NCBI GenBank assembly: GCA_016748015.1 | Contig: JAAOMT010000134.1 | Coordinates: 564,757-628,756, forward strand | DNA from: Geosiphon pyriformis uo1 | Taxonomy: Eukaryota > Fungi > Glomeromycota | Direction: 5' to 3' | DNA: 64,000 nucleotides | Part shown: piece after piece, positions 52,186 through 64,000 of the stretch | Layout of the letters: each line of letters begins with the position of its first letter | How positions within the stretch are numbered: position 1 is the first letter of the stretch | Notes under the pieces: model-generated | Told to the model about the DNA's origin: nothing | Databases searched by the model: none | What the model saw: the letters and a program-made list of their open reading frames with translations, nothing else | Translations under genes and position numbers: made by a program

Positions 52186-52626
52186 CTCAATATTAAACCA
52201 GAAAAAACTCCCTCCAAAGTCTGACAATCAACATTTATACATTTTTTTTTCATGTACCTTAACATTATCACAAGTATGACAAACTATTTCATCTTTTTCT
52301 ACACTTTTCGTGTAAATATAACTGGGAGTGTTATCATCTTTTCAATTAAAATGTTGATCTTGTTTACCTCTTTCAATTTCTTTCTGGCAATTACGACATT
52401 GGGAACATTTATAACCTCGACTGTCTTCATAAGCAGTGACATCTCAATCCAACATAATTTTGCATTGAGGACAATATGTAGTGAATCTATCTCATCTCCC
52501 ATTGCCTTTGTCGTTTAACCTTCTCACCCTAAAAGGTCAATCAAAATTTTCTTTATTTTTTAACCTTTTGTAAAGTTTCTCTAAAGATCTTTTTTTTATT
52601 TCTTTCTCAGTCCGCAGTTTTTTCAT
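52174..52626 (-). pseudogene. Code-4 ORF B, 150 aa, Lys/Cys-rich with several CxxC pairs; Mollicutes-related endobacterium-like
   Basis: ATG 52626 to TAA 52174 with five TGA, one TGG and no internal TAA/TAG. Confidence 0.7.
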
Positions 52627-52762
52627 CTAATTCTTTTTGAATTAAATTTTGTGAACAATTTCAATAACAGAATTCAACATGTTCTCTTTCTTCTTCATCT
52701 CATCAGTTAAAAGTTAAACCTTCTTTTATATTATTACAATTAAAACATTTTTCTTTAGTCAT
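52553..52762 (-). pseudogene. Code-4 ORF A, 69 aa (MTKEKCFNCNNIKEGLTFNWWDEEE...), overlapping ORF B by 74 nt
   Basis: ATG 52762 to TAA 52553 with four TGA and no internal TAA/TAG. Confidence 0.65.
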
Positions 52763-53375
52763 GATTACTTATTAATATAGTAAGTTTTAAGCAAAAAAAA
52801 AAAGGCACGATAACTATTTTAATACAAAAAAAAGCTTTGAACATTAATACTGTGTTCAGAAATCTCATTAAAAGCTGAAATAGAACAGTAAGTTTGTATT
52901 AAAATTTTTTGTCCGGATATTTTTGTCTTTTGTTTTGTAATGGTACATCATTATCCTGCTTTCTTCTCTTAATATTTATTATTTTTCGTTCTTGATAAAT
53001 TTCATAAGTAATTTTTTCGTTATCTAGATATTCTTGTAAAGACTTGGTTTCCATTAGTTTGAAAATGTAAGGTACAATTTTATCACCTTGTTTTTTTTTC
53101 AAAATGCTTCTGATAGTGCTGTAATTCTTTTTTCATATAGGATACAGGTTTAGCCCTATATTTAGCACACAATGAAATTTTACCAGGTGTTACAACTGAT
53201 CACTGGAAGATCATTGATAATTGAATGTTACCATTTGCACTGAGCTCACATCAAAGCATTCAAAAAAAACAAAAAAAAAACACCATAATTCTTGATCAAA
53301 GTGTCTGAGCAACCATACACAATTATTTATTAGAATAATGTGGTTACTATTTATAACATCTAGAATTTGTGCTAC

Positions 53376-54972
53376 TCAACAATCAATCTCTATGGGTAGT
53401 CTTAAAACATCCCGAACAGTTTTTGCCTCAGGCCGCAACACTTCGCAGTTAATTTCTTCTAAAATTGTTGCTTGCATAAGCAACTCATCCTACAGGAAGA
53501 GAGGCAAAGTATTTAGAAGAATTTCGTGTATAAACATCAAGCAATGCCATAGTTTTAATCTAAATAATACATGGAATATTCCCATAAGTTGGAGGATAGT
53601 TTTGTATTTGGTGCGACCGTCAAAAGGGAAGGGTATGGTAGCTGTCGCGAGCTCAGTGGCGAAGAAGTGTCCATCTTCCAGCATATTCATGGAGTAAAGC
53701 GTTAACCGGTCATCTGAGAAGAGAGAACACTTTTAGAATTTCTGATAGCCATCATGATTATCACATAAAATGCCACCTACCGATCACAAGACTGCTAAAG
53801 ACCTTTAATCGGATTGCAAGCTCAATTTTACAATCGAGATGATTGGGAAGTAGGGATACTAGATTTAATATGTCAGTCCTCAGTGTCTTCTTCGTGTCAC
53901 CGATTGTGTGACGTGTTGTATAATTTGACGGTGGACCAGCAACCTCAAGATGGAAGATTTCCTGGTTATCCGCGAGCCGAATTCCTTTTGAATCAACTTT
54001 TACAATGCCTGATGTTGTCGCTGACTTCGCAATTTTTGCAGCTCGTTCATGTGCTTCGATCCATTCAAACGATATCGTGCCAAATGTGGTTTCGTAGAAT
54101 TTGAAAAGAGAAGCAATATTGTATGTGGTAAATTTTCGCTCGCGTTCATATTGTACTGAATTTCATGGGAAAATGTATCTGCTTACCACCATCAGTATTG
54201 TTAGAGCCCGCAACGCGTGGTTTTTCCGCTAAGCTCACATCTAGCTCCTTGATGATCTCGCCAGTCTGCTGCATGTATGCAGCATCAAAAAACGTCCAAC
54301 GCAACAATCTGACTCTTCTGCTTTGAGGCAGCCTTGGGAATCAATCAGGTGGATAGTGCATAATTAACATTCGTTGTCTAAGGAAATACCAATATCGTGT
54401 TATATACCTTCTTCTGAGCAAGTTCCTCATCAAGCCTAAAAGATTCCAAAAGCCCCTGCAATGTGGTCGGAGATTTCTGGAACAACAAAAAATCTGAAAA
54501 TATTCGCTCTAAAGGGAACATCCCGAACATATGCCATACAAGGAACTACACCCGAAGCCCCAGGAAGGAGCGATACCCCCCCCCCCCCAAGGCTGTATGA
54601 CAGCAGGAACTGCGGGTGGAACGACACCACCTCGAGGAGGAACGACACCCCCCCCCCCCAAGGCTGCGCAGACTCCCGGTTCAGAAAATGTGAGAAAGAA
54701 CAACGAAACGAAAAACCTATTTTGAGAGGAATTTTGCCATATTTCGTTGGTCATCATCCCTGCTTTCGTCAGTAATGATAGTATTTAGGATTGTTAAGTA
54801 GCACTTTTCCAGTGTCGCGAGCAACTCTTTAGACAAAGCAGCAGTAGCCCAGAGAGGCTTCACTGCCATCAGAAAACCAGTTAACGACCAGTGAACGAAA
54901 GGCATATCTTCAAAGTAGGAGGTCGCCACACTATCTGAAAGTTTCAAGAACGTCAGTGATGCAAATGAATAC
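53376..54972 (-). pseudogene. Spliced pseudogene of a lineage-expanded restriction-endonuclease-fold (Crinkler-C-terminal-like) family
   Basis: ERKF...FEWIE...KVDSKGIR...EIFHLEVAGPP...HTIGDTKK; stop at 54717-54719, another TGA near 54164, apparent internal deletion after the donor at ~54186. Confidence 0.55.
54568..54666. repeat. Direct repeat GGARCGAYA-polyC-AAGGCTG x2 in an intron
   Basis: Two long C runs with the same flanks. Confidence 0.9.
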
Positions 54973-55193
54973 CTGGGTAGATTTAAAACGTACCAAATAG
55001 TTTTTTAATTAAAGGCCTTGCCCATTGTCAAAGCAAGTTGTAGCTAAAGCTAATAATTTAACAAATGAGTCACGTGGAGATTAATTACATCAGATTGTTT
55101 TTATTAACGTAAGCACTTCAAAAATAATCGCGAGCTTGCAAGGGAGGGAAGCAGTCGGCGATAACTGTCCCTATTCTTTGGGCTTGCTAAATA

Positions 55194-55729
55194 TCAATTT
55201 TCGTAATTCCCCTCGCCATGATATCTCCTCTCGTTTTCTTCCCAAGACGCTATTAATTTTAAGGTGTTGGGTTTGGAATTCGTTTTCTGTTTGTAAAAGT
55301 TCTCCACCGTAGAAGCTCCAATGGTACCCTTCCCGAGGTCTTCAACGAGCTTTTTAAACTCGTCCCAGAGTGTTAGAACGTCTCCCTCATATGACTTGAT
55401 TGGTTTCGGAGAGTGATGTTTATCATTTGGAAACATGCAATGGTAAAAACTGCATGTGAGCTGCTCGTCGCGAGCATCCAAGCAAATAAGAGCAAAAGCA
55501 TAAAAGCTTCTGCCATTTTGGAGAGAAATATCTGCAAATGGAAACCAATTAGCATTTTTTGCTGCATGCAGGCTGTTGTCAGAAATCAAAATAACGAACC
55601 ATCTTTATTGAATGAAGGCTTTTTGGATAGTGTGAATGTTTTGCTCTCGATGAGAAAAAACCATGTACAGTCTCTTTTGTGTGTTTTGAGAATATGTTGC
55701 AGCAAATGTTTTGGTGAATGTGAATTCAT
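55194..55729 (-). CDS. Two-exon orphan protein, ~155 aa (intron 55532-55599)
   Basis: MNSHSPKHLL...FNKD/DISLQNGRSFYAFALICLD... joins in frame across a 68-nt GT-AG intron; GATCATGTGA upstream. Confidence 0.6.
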
Positions 55730-56761
55730 CTTGCTTTTATACACTGATGCTAGTCACTTGCTTATAAGCAAAATCTATAAATCAAGCAAAGCCTTACCAA
55801 AATTTTATCAGCTAAATTAGTTGATTTTCCAGCCACACCAGCCTCTTTCAGCTCACATGATCAAAAGTTCACTTTGGTTTTGTTGCAGTCTGCCCCATAT
55901 TACATTACAAAACAAATAAGTGATATAAATCTAATAATACTTTCCTAGTTGAACCAGGAACCGTTTTGAAATATGCAGCTTTTCCCATGCAGGGGTCTAA
56001 ATTTTAACCAGAAATTCTTTTTTTGATTTCGGTTTTTTTTTTTGAATTTATTGAAAATAAACAATTAAATGTTACATATTGTTTTTTTATTATGAAAGAC
56101 TGAATGCGTGGTCGTATGGCTCAAAGCAGGATGATATTGTTATTTACGATTGTAAAGAGAAAATAAAATTTATGAATTTTCAGTTTAGCTGATACTGCAT
56201 TTAGGAGACTATAGCAGATTTCTCACAGACAGTTACACATCCAACAAACTAAGCATTTTTGAAAGCACCAACAGTTAGTTGTTATTCAAGAAAATAAACA
56301 ATCTTCTAAAATGAAAATGAAAAAAGGTTTAACCAAACAACTAACGCTCTCAAGTCACACAATACCACGAACAGTTTGATACTACAAACTCCAATATGAT
56401 TTGTGACTTTCCCGCCTCTCCCTCTTCAATAAAGTTCTCAAAACGTTGTTCATCGACTTACCGGTTCACTCGCCTTCTTTTTTTTTGTTGGTGTGAATCA
56501 ACAACTCCCACTTCTTACAATCTTTTTTTCTAAGTTTCAGCTTCAGGCTCAGGTTCAGGTTCAGGTTCCTTATCATACACCCAACCAAAGTCTTGTAAAA
56601 GAAACTTTATTCATCAACTCAGCTAACAAACTGTTTTTGACGACCTTTTAGAAAGCTGAAGATAATTGTTCTTTGTAATTTACCTTATTCCTTAAAGAAT
56701 CCTTTGTTCGTCCTAGTCAAAAGTAAAAGTAGCAACCAATAAGTTTTTAGTAAGAACAACT

Positions 56762-58570
56762 ATGTCACCTGCTCCAACAGTACTCATTCTCGGGGGAGTC
56801 GGCTTTATTGGTCGAAGCTTAGTCACTTATCTTGTAGAAAATAACCTGGCATCCGAGATAAGAGTTGTGGACAAAGTTTTACCTCACACTGCCTTTTTTA
56901 ACGAGAGACAACGAGAGGCTTTTAAAAGGGTAGAGTACATTCAAAAGAACCTGGCCGACCCTGGTACGAATTTTATGTTTTCGGAGTGGTCGTGGTTGTG
57001 GTTGTGGTGGTGGTGGTGGTGGGGGTGGGGGTGGTTGTGGTGGTGGTGGTGAAAGTTTTCAATATCAGTGAACAAAGAAAAGACTTTCTTGATTCGGATC
57101 GAGAAATTCTTATTATTGAATCTCCATCATAACTTCAACTTACAAACTGACAAAGTTCGATTTTTATTTTCTGATTTAAGCTTCTATTGAGCTTATCTTT
57201 ACACGAAAGGATGCAGATCCCTATGATTTCGTGTTCAACTGCGCGGCCGAGACGAAATATTCAATGAATAAGCGAGTATGTCCGGAAATTTTACATTATT
57301 TTTCAAATTTTTAGGCATTTTTAATCAATCATTTCTCATCTCATTTATAGTTTTACGAAGAACGTATATTCCTCCTCTCAACCCGTAATGGAAGAGAAGC
57401 AGCCAAACGCGGCGTTAAATGTTTCGTTGAGCTCTCAACTGCGGAAATTTATCAATCAGACAAGGTTTGTTTTTTTAAGAATCTATTAATACGTAATTGA
57501 ATTAAAAATTAATTTTTGAAATTGAAATCGTTCAGAATCCTAGCAAAGAAGACGAAAAGGTCAAGCCTTGGACCACAATTGCTAAATATAAGCTACAAGC
57601 CGAAGAAGAACTCAAAAAGATTCCTGGGTATGAGAGGTTATAAGTTCCTCATTTGTTGATTATAATTTTAATTTAATTTACTTAATTATAAAAGTTGAAA
57701 ATTTTAGCTTGAACCTTGTAATTCTCCGGCCTGCTATAGTTTATGGTATTGGCGCAACCGGAGGGTTAAGTAAGTGTTCTTTGCCTAATATTGCATTTTT
57801 TTCTGTTGTGAAATATTTATTTGATTATCACACTTACTCAACATCGAATTTATCATTTTAGCACCACGTCTTGTGTGTGGTAGGATCTATAAAAGTTTGA
57901 AAGAAGACATGAAATTTTTATGGACCAAAGATCTCAAAATCAACACGGTACATGTGTCTGATGTTGTTCGTGCTATGTGGTATGTTGCCGTTTGGTATCG
58001 GGATAACGACAAAGCTGGGAATGGTGCTTTGGTATACAACTTGGCTGATTCTGGCAACACAGGTGAATTTATTGACAAGTTTTTTCACATTCAATAATTT
58101 AAATTTCAGCAATCCTCATGATTTCTTTATTTCCAATAGATCAAGCGAAGGTAAACAAATTTATTAGCAAAATTTTTGGAATATCTACAGGCTTTCAAGG
58201 ATCCATGATCTCTAGCTTTGCTCAGGTTTGGAATAATATTTTGATTCATGGTCTTCTGAATTATTGCTTAAATGCTGATAAAATTTTTCAACAAATTATC
58301 CAGCTAAACCTTGATGATGCTACTGAAGATATAAACGACAAACATGTTGGCCCATGGTCAAAACTACAACGAGAATCCGGGATAAAAGTGACTCCGTTGA
58401 GCCCGTACCTTGACAAAGAGCTGCTACTCAACAATGCTTTATCGATTGACGGCACGAGAATCACCAAGGAGACCGGCTTCAAGTACGAAGTTTCCGAAGT
58501 CACTTTAGAAAAACTTCAAGAGATGATAGAAGATTTCAAGAAATCAAATTTGTGGCCAAAAGATGAATAA
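56762..58570 (+). CDS. NAD-dependent epimerase/dehydratase family protein, multi-exon
   Basis: GGVGFIG, VFNCAAETKY, FVELSTAEIY, YKLQAE, ILRPAIVYG, VHVSDV, YNLAD. Confidence 0.92.
56986..57051 (+). repeat. (TGG)n/G-rich tract in intron 1 of the epimerase
   Basis: Seen directly. Confidence 0.9.
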
Positions 58571-59288
58571 TGAAGAATTGCTTTAAATAGAGAAGTCGTA
58601 CGTAATGTACATAGTACGCATCATAATCTTTTATATAACTACAATTATATATATACATATATATACAGTTTGGACAGTGAATCTCGGTTGTAACATTTTT
58701 TTTTGGAATTTTAAGTTTTGATTTGGACATCATTTTTAAATGTATGTTTGTTTTATAGAAGCATAAAAACTAGTGATGAAAATCTCATGTCTAATGGCAA
58801 ATTTGGGTTCTTTTTTCAAGTTGAACAGTGATTTGGTATAGTTTCATCATTTAATCCATTCCTGAATTGAGATCCTCAAATTTTCTACAATCCCTTATCA
58901 TATAATAATCTTGATTCCTAAATTTCCAATTTGAATCATTAAATAATACATGGTCTTTTGAAAAAGTCGTCTGTCAATGTATTATTAAGATGATTATCTT
59001 TGTTTCTTTTCTCTCCGTTACGTTTTAGCGATCTCAATAAACAATTCCTTTCTTTAAATTTCCCCTCCCGGCATTTCGGAAAATCAGATACTCTGGATAT
59101 CGGATAAAAATTTTCAATGCATTTAATATATATATCCAACACAGAAATTCCGGATTAATTTTAAAGGGATGTAAGTTCCGAGCGATAATTCGTGCACTCT
59201 TGTTGCCGCATGCCGACACGAATTGTATGTTTTCGTGATTACCCTTAAAATTGCTTTGGCCACTTTCTTTTACAGAGGACAACAGTAT

Positions 59289-59402
59289 TATAGTGTGAAA
59301 CGGTATATGACGAATAAAGAAAATACAACTTTTGTGTTACTGTTGCTTCTAATATAGTGTGAAATGGTATATGGCAAATAAGGAAAATAAGGAAAATACA
59401 AC
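59289..59402. repeat. ~41-bp direct duplication (59289-59329 and 59353-59402)
   Basis: TATAGTGTGAAAYGGTATATGRCRAATAA...GAAAATACAAC x2. Confidence 0.85.
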
Positions 59403-60179
59403 CCATAACTGCCTATCACATTGATAATTAAATACTATAATTTATCGCATCTAATTCAATTGACAGTAGTTAAAATTTTAATTATTTTCCAATTCTTTGA
59501 CGATATAAACAAACGCACGCAACATCCTCAAACTACGTTTATTGCTCAACACTGCAACATTGAATGCATTCATGAAATAGGGAAAAGACACATTCAATTA
59601 ATTCCACAAAAACAAATTTCCACCTGATCCATCACGAGTCGGTACCATTTCTTTGATGTAGAACAAAATCAGCCCCCCAAAGAAAAAAAACATGCTACAA
59701 ATGTTTTTAAGTTTTTTTTTTATTAAAATTAAAAAATTACATCATACGAAACAAAATATTTACAATTCATTAATGTATGAAGACACATCTAACTTGTCGA
59801 CCGCCGATTCTTTACTCTTCAAACCGGTTCCATTTTCGGCTTTAAACAACTCATTTTGTTGCACAGCTATCTCTTTGGAAATGTTTGCAATGTGAAAAAA
59901 TATAAGATAATTCAGTCTTGAATAAAAAATCAGTTACCTATTCATCTTTTCAATTATCATTTAATTTTTCATTTTTTTAATGTTTTATCTAAATTGTGTC
60001 TATTTTTGTCTACAAATTTTGATTACTTATTACTTGTGATTCATCTTCACTATTAGTATCTTGATCTATTTTGTTAGTTTTTCTGGTTTTCAAGTTATAT
60101 CTGATTAATATTTATTTTATCAGTTTTATGTAACATAATAATGGTTTTGAATAATACGTTTGTGTAATTTATTAAGTTC

Positions 60180-61150
60180 ATAATTTTAATGGATTTGGTT
60201 TATTACATTTTTATTTAAGTTATGGCTAATACTTTAATTAATTGGTTAAAAATGTAATACAAAAAATTTATTAAAAGTCATGACTTTTTTACTAATGTAA
60301 TATTTATACAAATATTTATTATTTTAATATAACATAAATTTTACTTTTTTTGTATACTATAAAACAATAATTTTAATATTCAAATATATTTTAGTTGAAT
60401 TAATTAAAAAAAACTTGGGTTTAATAATTTTCATTTAATATTTATTAAATTAACTTAATTCAAATATACTAAATTTTTTTTTATGCTAAACAAACTATTA
60501 ACTATTTTTACAGAATTTAATTATTATATATTAAATATAAATTATATTATATATATAATATATATATAATTAATTTTTTAAACTAATTAAAATTATTTTA
60601 AATTAAAATTTATATATTATGCTTTTATTTTGTTTATAATACAATTTAAGTAAATATTATTGTAAATAAATTTATTTATTTATTTATTATTTATTTATAA
60701 ATATTTTTATTACTTATAAGTAAATTTACTTATTTATTTTATTGTTTTATAAATTTGTTTTATATTTATTTTTAAATTTAATAAAACTTTTAAAAAAACC
60801 AAAAATTAAATTAACTAAAAATTTAATTTTTTATTAAACTTGTTTTATTATTAGAAAAATTTATATAATATTTTTAAAATTGATTAATTTTTGTTATAAA
60901 ATAACTAAATATTTAATTATTATAAACAACAAATAATAATTATAAAAATTTTGAACTACTTTAAATTATTTTTAATTAATTTATTAATTTGGTTAATAAG
61001 CAATTTAAAAAAATTTTAATAATAATTATTTTAAGTTTTAAGATTTTATTAATTAAATTTGTTTTATTATTTAATTTTATTTATATTATTTAAATAATAT
61101 TAATTGATTAATATATTATTTATAAATATAATTTTATTTAGTTTGTGGTT
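60180..61150. other. Extremely AT-rich desert next to the LINE-C tail
   Basis: Near absence of G/C. Confidence 0.85.
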
Positions 61151-64000
61151 TTTTTTTATTATACTTTACAAATAAGATCTAAATACTACCTAGTATTATA
61201 TATCATACAAGTAATCTAAACTAAGTGCAAATTATGCTTTTATTACATATGACCAGTTATTCAGGCTGATCAGGACAACACTAAACAACTATATAAACTA
61301 AAACCAAGTCATTAACACCTGAAAAAAACAAGCAAGACCTATAAAAACCAAAACAAACAACAAAAGTTTCAGCAATCCCAAGCAATTTAATAACACCAGC
61401 AAAAAACCCCAAAAAAAGTCCACAAACTGAAACAAAAGTCGAATTATCTAGTGGAATTAGTCTATTTCTTTTTATAAAAGCATGATGTTTAGTGTAGACC
61501 AATCAGATATTATCTCTGAAAGCAAGACAAAAAGCACACAAAAATTTTACAACTCTTTGACTTGTAATTTTGGGATCATAAATGTCTGAAATAGTCTTTT
61601 AAAGCCAACTTTCAAAAACAAAACCTTTACAAAGAGCCATATACACAGAGACATTAAAAACACAAAATGACAAAAGTTGAGAAACATGAGAAAAGAAGCA
61701 AAAAAGACCAGAAAGCACTCCCTATTGAGCTATATAGACATCTAACAATTGACAATAGATAGAACTGTTAATATTATAAGAGAATACATGATCTGAAACT
61801 TCAACATTATTATAATACAAATATAACACACTAGGGTAGTGTCTATTAAACAAGCATTTCTGAACAGCAACAGGCAGCTGATGATATAAAACCTTTATAA
61901 AATAAATACATATGTTAACAGAGAGTTTGCTTGTAAAATCCACAGTCATATGCAAATCAAAATGCCAAAACAAAGAAGAACTAAGCCAGTTAATGTCTAA
62001 AAGCAAATTATCTGCCAAAATCTTAAAACCAGAACCAATTTCCCAATGTACATGATAAATAAATTTAAAAATATTACAAACAAAATGTCTAGAATTACCA
62101 AAAACAATACTACTATCAGCCATAATACAGTGTCTTCTCAAATAGGGGAGAAAGTACCAATTAGAAAGAGAAATAGCAGCAGCAAGAGCATCAGCATGTT
62201 CATTCTCCAAAATACCTAAGTAATTTTTCACCTTATGCCATTTGATTCTCAAATTCTTGCTATGAACAATATCCATAATGTGCTAACATTCCACTTAACA
62301 CTGATTATGAAAATCCAGACATGCCAATCACAATTCTGACTTGCATGCATCTAAAACAGCCTAATTATTAAAAAATAAGCAAACTGAACTAAAAGAGAGA
62401 ACACACTTAAAGACCAATACAATAGCCTATAACTCTGTTAAAATAGAGGACATCAAGCCAGAAACCCCAACACCCAAACCCAAGTTAATGTTATCAAAAA
62501 AAACTGCAGTGCCAGCTCTTACATTCATGGTGCCCAAGTCTTTAAAGACTTATCTATGTAGACAAACAAATTACCAAAATCAATACAAGACAGTTGACTA
62601 CTAATCGACTCAAATTTATGAGACATAAGAACATTCAAAGGACCAACACCACCTCCAGAAAAAGAAGAATAAACAAAAAAAGAAGTTGAATCATTGAGGA
62701 AGACAACAAAAAGATTGAACTAATTAGGAATAGAGCTATGAGAATCCAACTTTTTTTACTATTTGAAAGTTTTTCAATTAAAAATATTATCAATATAATC
62801 ACAAAGCTGATTTATGAAGGCAATACCATAACATTGAAATAAAAGGAGAAGCTTGAAAAATTTGAACTCACCAAAAACAGTTGACATAGACACTCCATCT
62901 CAAAAACAAAAAGAATTGTACATAAAACCACTTAGGAACAGATTGTAATTAAGAAAAATATAAACCACTTCTGCCAAAAAGTTATTAGAAGGATTGACAT
63001 AAATATAAACCAGAAAACTCAAAAAATAAATAAGGCACCAACACAAAACTTGCAAGTCATGAGACCTGTAAGAAAACAAATAACCCAAAATACTACTAGA
63101 GTTTGCAAAACTCATAAGCAATACCAATTTATTTTCAGATTGAATCTGCTTAAAAGTCTTTAAACCATAAAAAAAAGAGTAATAGATTGTATTACTTGGG
63201 AAATCAAGAGGCAGACCAGATTTTAATTTCAGATTTTTATGAATTAAAACATTTTACTTATTGTATACACTAATAAAAATAAAGCTGAATTGCATTCTGT
63301 AGCTGATAATAGGATAGAAAATAGTTAACACCAAATATAAAAACTGCTTATCTGAGATGGCTTTTTTTAGTACAAGATTGGTAAAAAAATGAACATTAGA
63401 ATTTGTCTTGGCCAAGCTAGACTTCAAAAGACCCTTAGTTGACAAAAAAATATCCAAGTATCAATAAAATTCTCCTTTTTTGGCAATAAAAATAGACAAG
63501 CCACTAATGAACAAAGTAAAACTGGCAACTTTGCAATTAATAGGGATGGTCACAGTCTTGTTAGTATTAATAGAGATGTTATTGATCTGAAAAAATTCAC
63601 TGGCAACATTAAAAATATGTTGGGTGGCACTTTGACTACTATCAATCCAAATTGTATTATTGATAAAAGCTCCAGCTATGAAAAAGAAGAACAATCCAGT
63701 CCTAGATTTTATATGACCATTTTTTGAAATGAAGTAAGAATTTAACTTATACTTATACATACTTTCCTGTCTTTTGACTTCACAAAGAAAGAAATTGTAA
63801 AATATACACTAAAAAAGAGGTGAAAAAATCTCACTCTAATCTAAATTACCATACACATAATAACCACCTGTCAAACTGAAGTTAGTTATAACTCTGTTGA
63901 TGCAATTACTGTAAATACTACTGAAAAAACAAATGAACTTGCTACATATTTTAATCCTAATTAAGTATTTCTTAAGATGTTTTTAACCAACAGAATTATA
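61150..64000 (-). mobile_element. LINE copy C, heavily decayed 3' part (RT-RNase H-3' UTR-tail), continues past the window
   Basis: AGAFINNTIW (decayed AFVDDTIW), KAISDKQFLYLV, WHKVKNYLGILENEHAD; C-terminus and 3' UTR homologous to LINE-B; T-run near 61150. Confidence 0.9.

Noticed and set aside
52252-52518. Standard-code ORFs 52252-52518 (+) and 52299-52502 (-)
   Set aside because: Antisense or off-frame shadows of code-4 ORF B
52174-52762. In-frame TGAs as selenocysteine or as CGA decay
   Set aside because: Nine TGAs, none in CxxU-type positions and no SECIS seen; CpGs including CGA are retained and contexts fit Trp
54328-54667. GCAGCCTTGGG/CCCAAGGCTGC as MITE terminal inverted repeats
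   Set aside because: Left copy spans a splice acceptor and an exon lies between; no TSD
56537-56569. (TTCAGG)n as telomeric repeat
   Set aside because: Few imperfect units, internal, not TTAGGG; simple UTR microsatellite

Overview
Eukaryotic, AT-rich, intron-rich fungal DNA. The TE families and gene structure suggest a Glomeromycotina/Mucoromycota genome, Geosiphon-like (inference from recall, not a search). Left (1-8.2 kb): an intronless Q/N-rich orphan gene, ELP3 and an AAC4-like gene. Middle (9.1-33.4 kb): a nest of decayed retroelements, comprising two LINE (APE-RT-RNase H) pieces, two Ty3/gypsy elements with a dUTPase in pol, and four ~850-bp LTRs (one solo LTR with a 4-bp TSD). The flanks show the nest is chimeric. 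Right (35.9-58.6 kb): mL38/MRPL35, a USP12/46-type deubiquitinase, RPS7, DSK2, a thioredoxin-fold gene, TRAPPC13, an ankyrin gene missed by the ORF track and an NAD-dependent epimerase, then a third decayed LINE to the window end. Top finding: a ~0.75-kb intronless segment at 52.04-52.76 kb that reads as two overlapping Cys/Lys-rich genes only if TGA=Trp (code 4) and runs into a truncated HIT-hydrolase-like domain. This most plausibly is DNA from a Mollicutes-related endobacterium inserted in the fungal nuclear genome. Also notable: tRNA-complementary and PBS-masking elements in the gypsy U5, and an unusual gypsy Pol (Cys-rich modules, dUTPase plus pseudo-dUTPase, ~270-aa post-integrase extension). 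Exon boundaries were read by eye.
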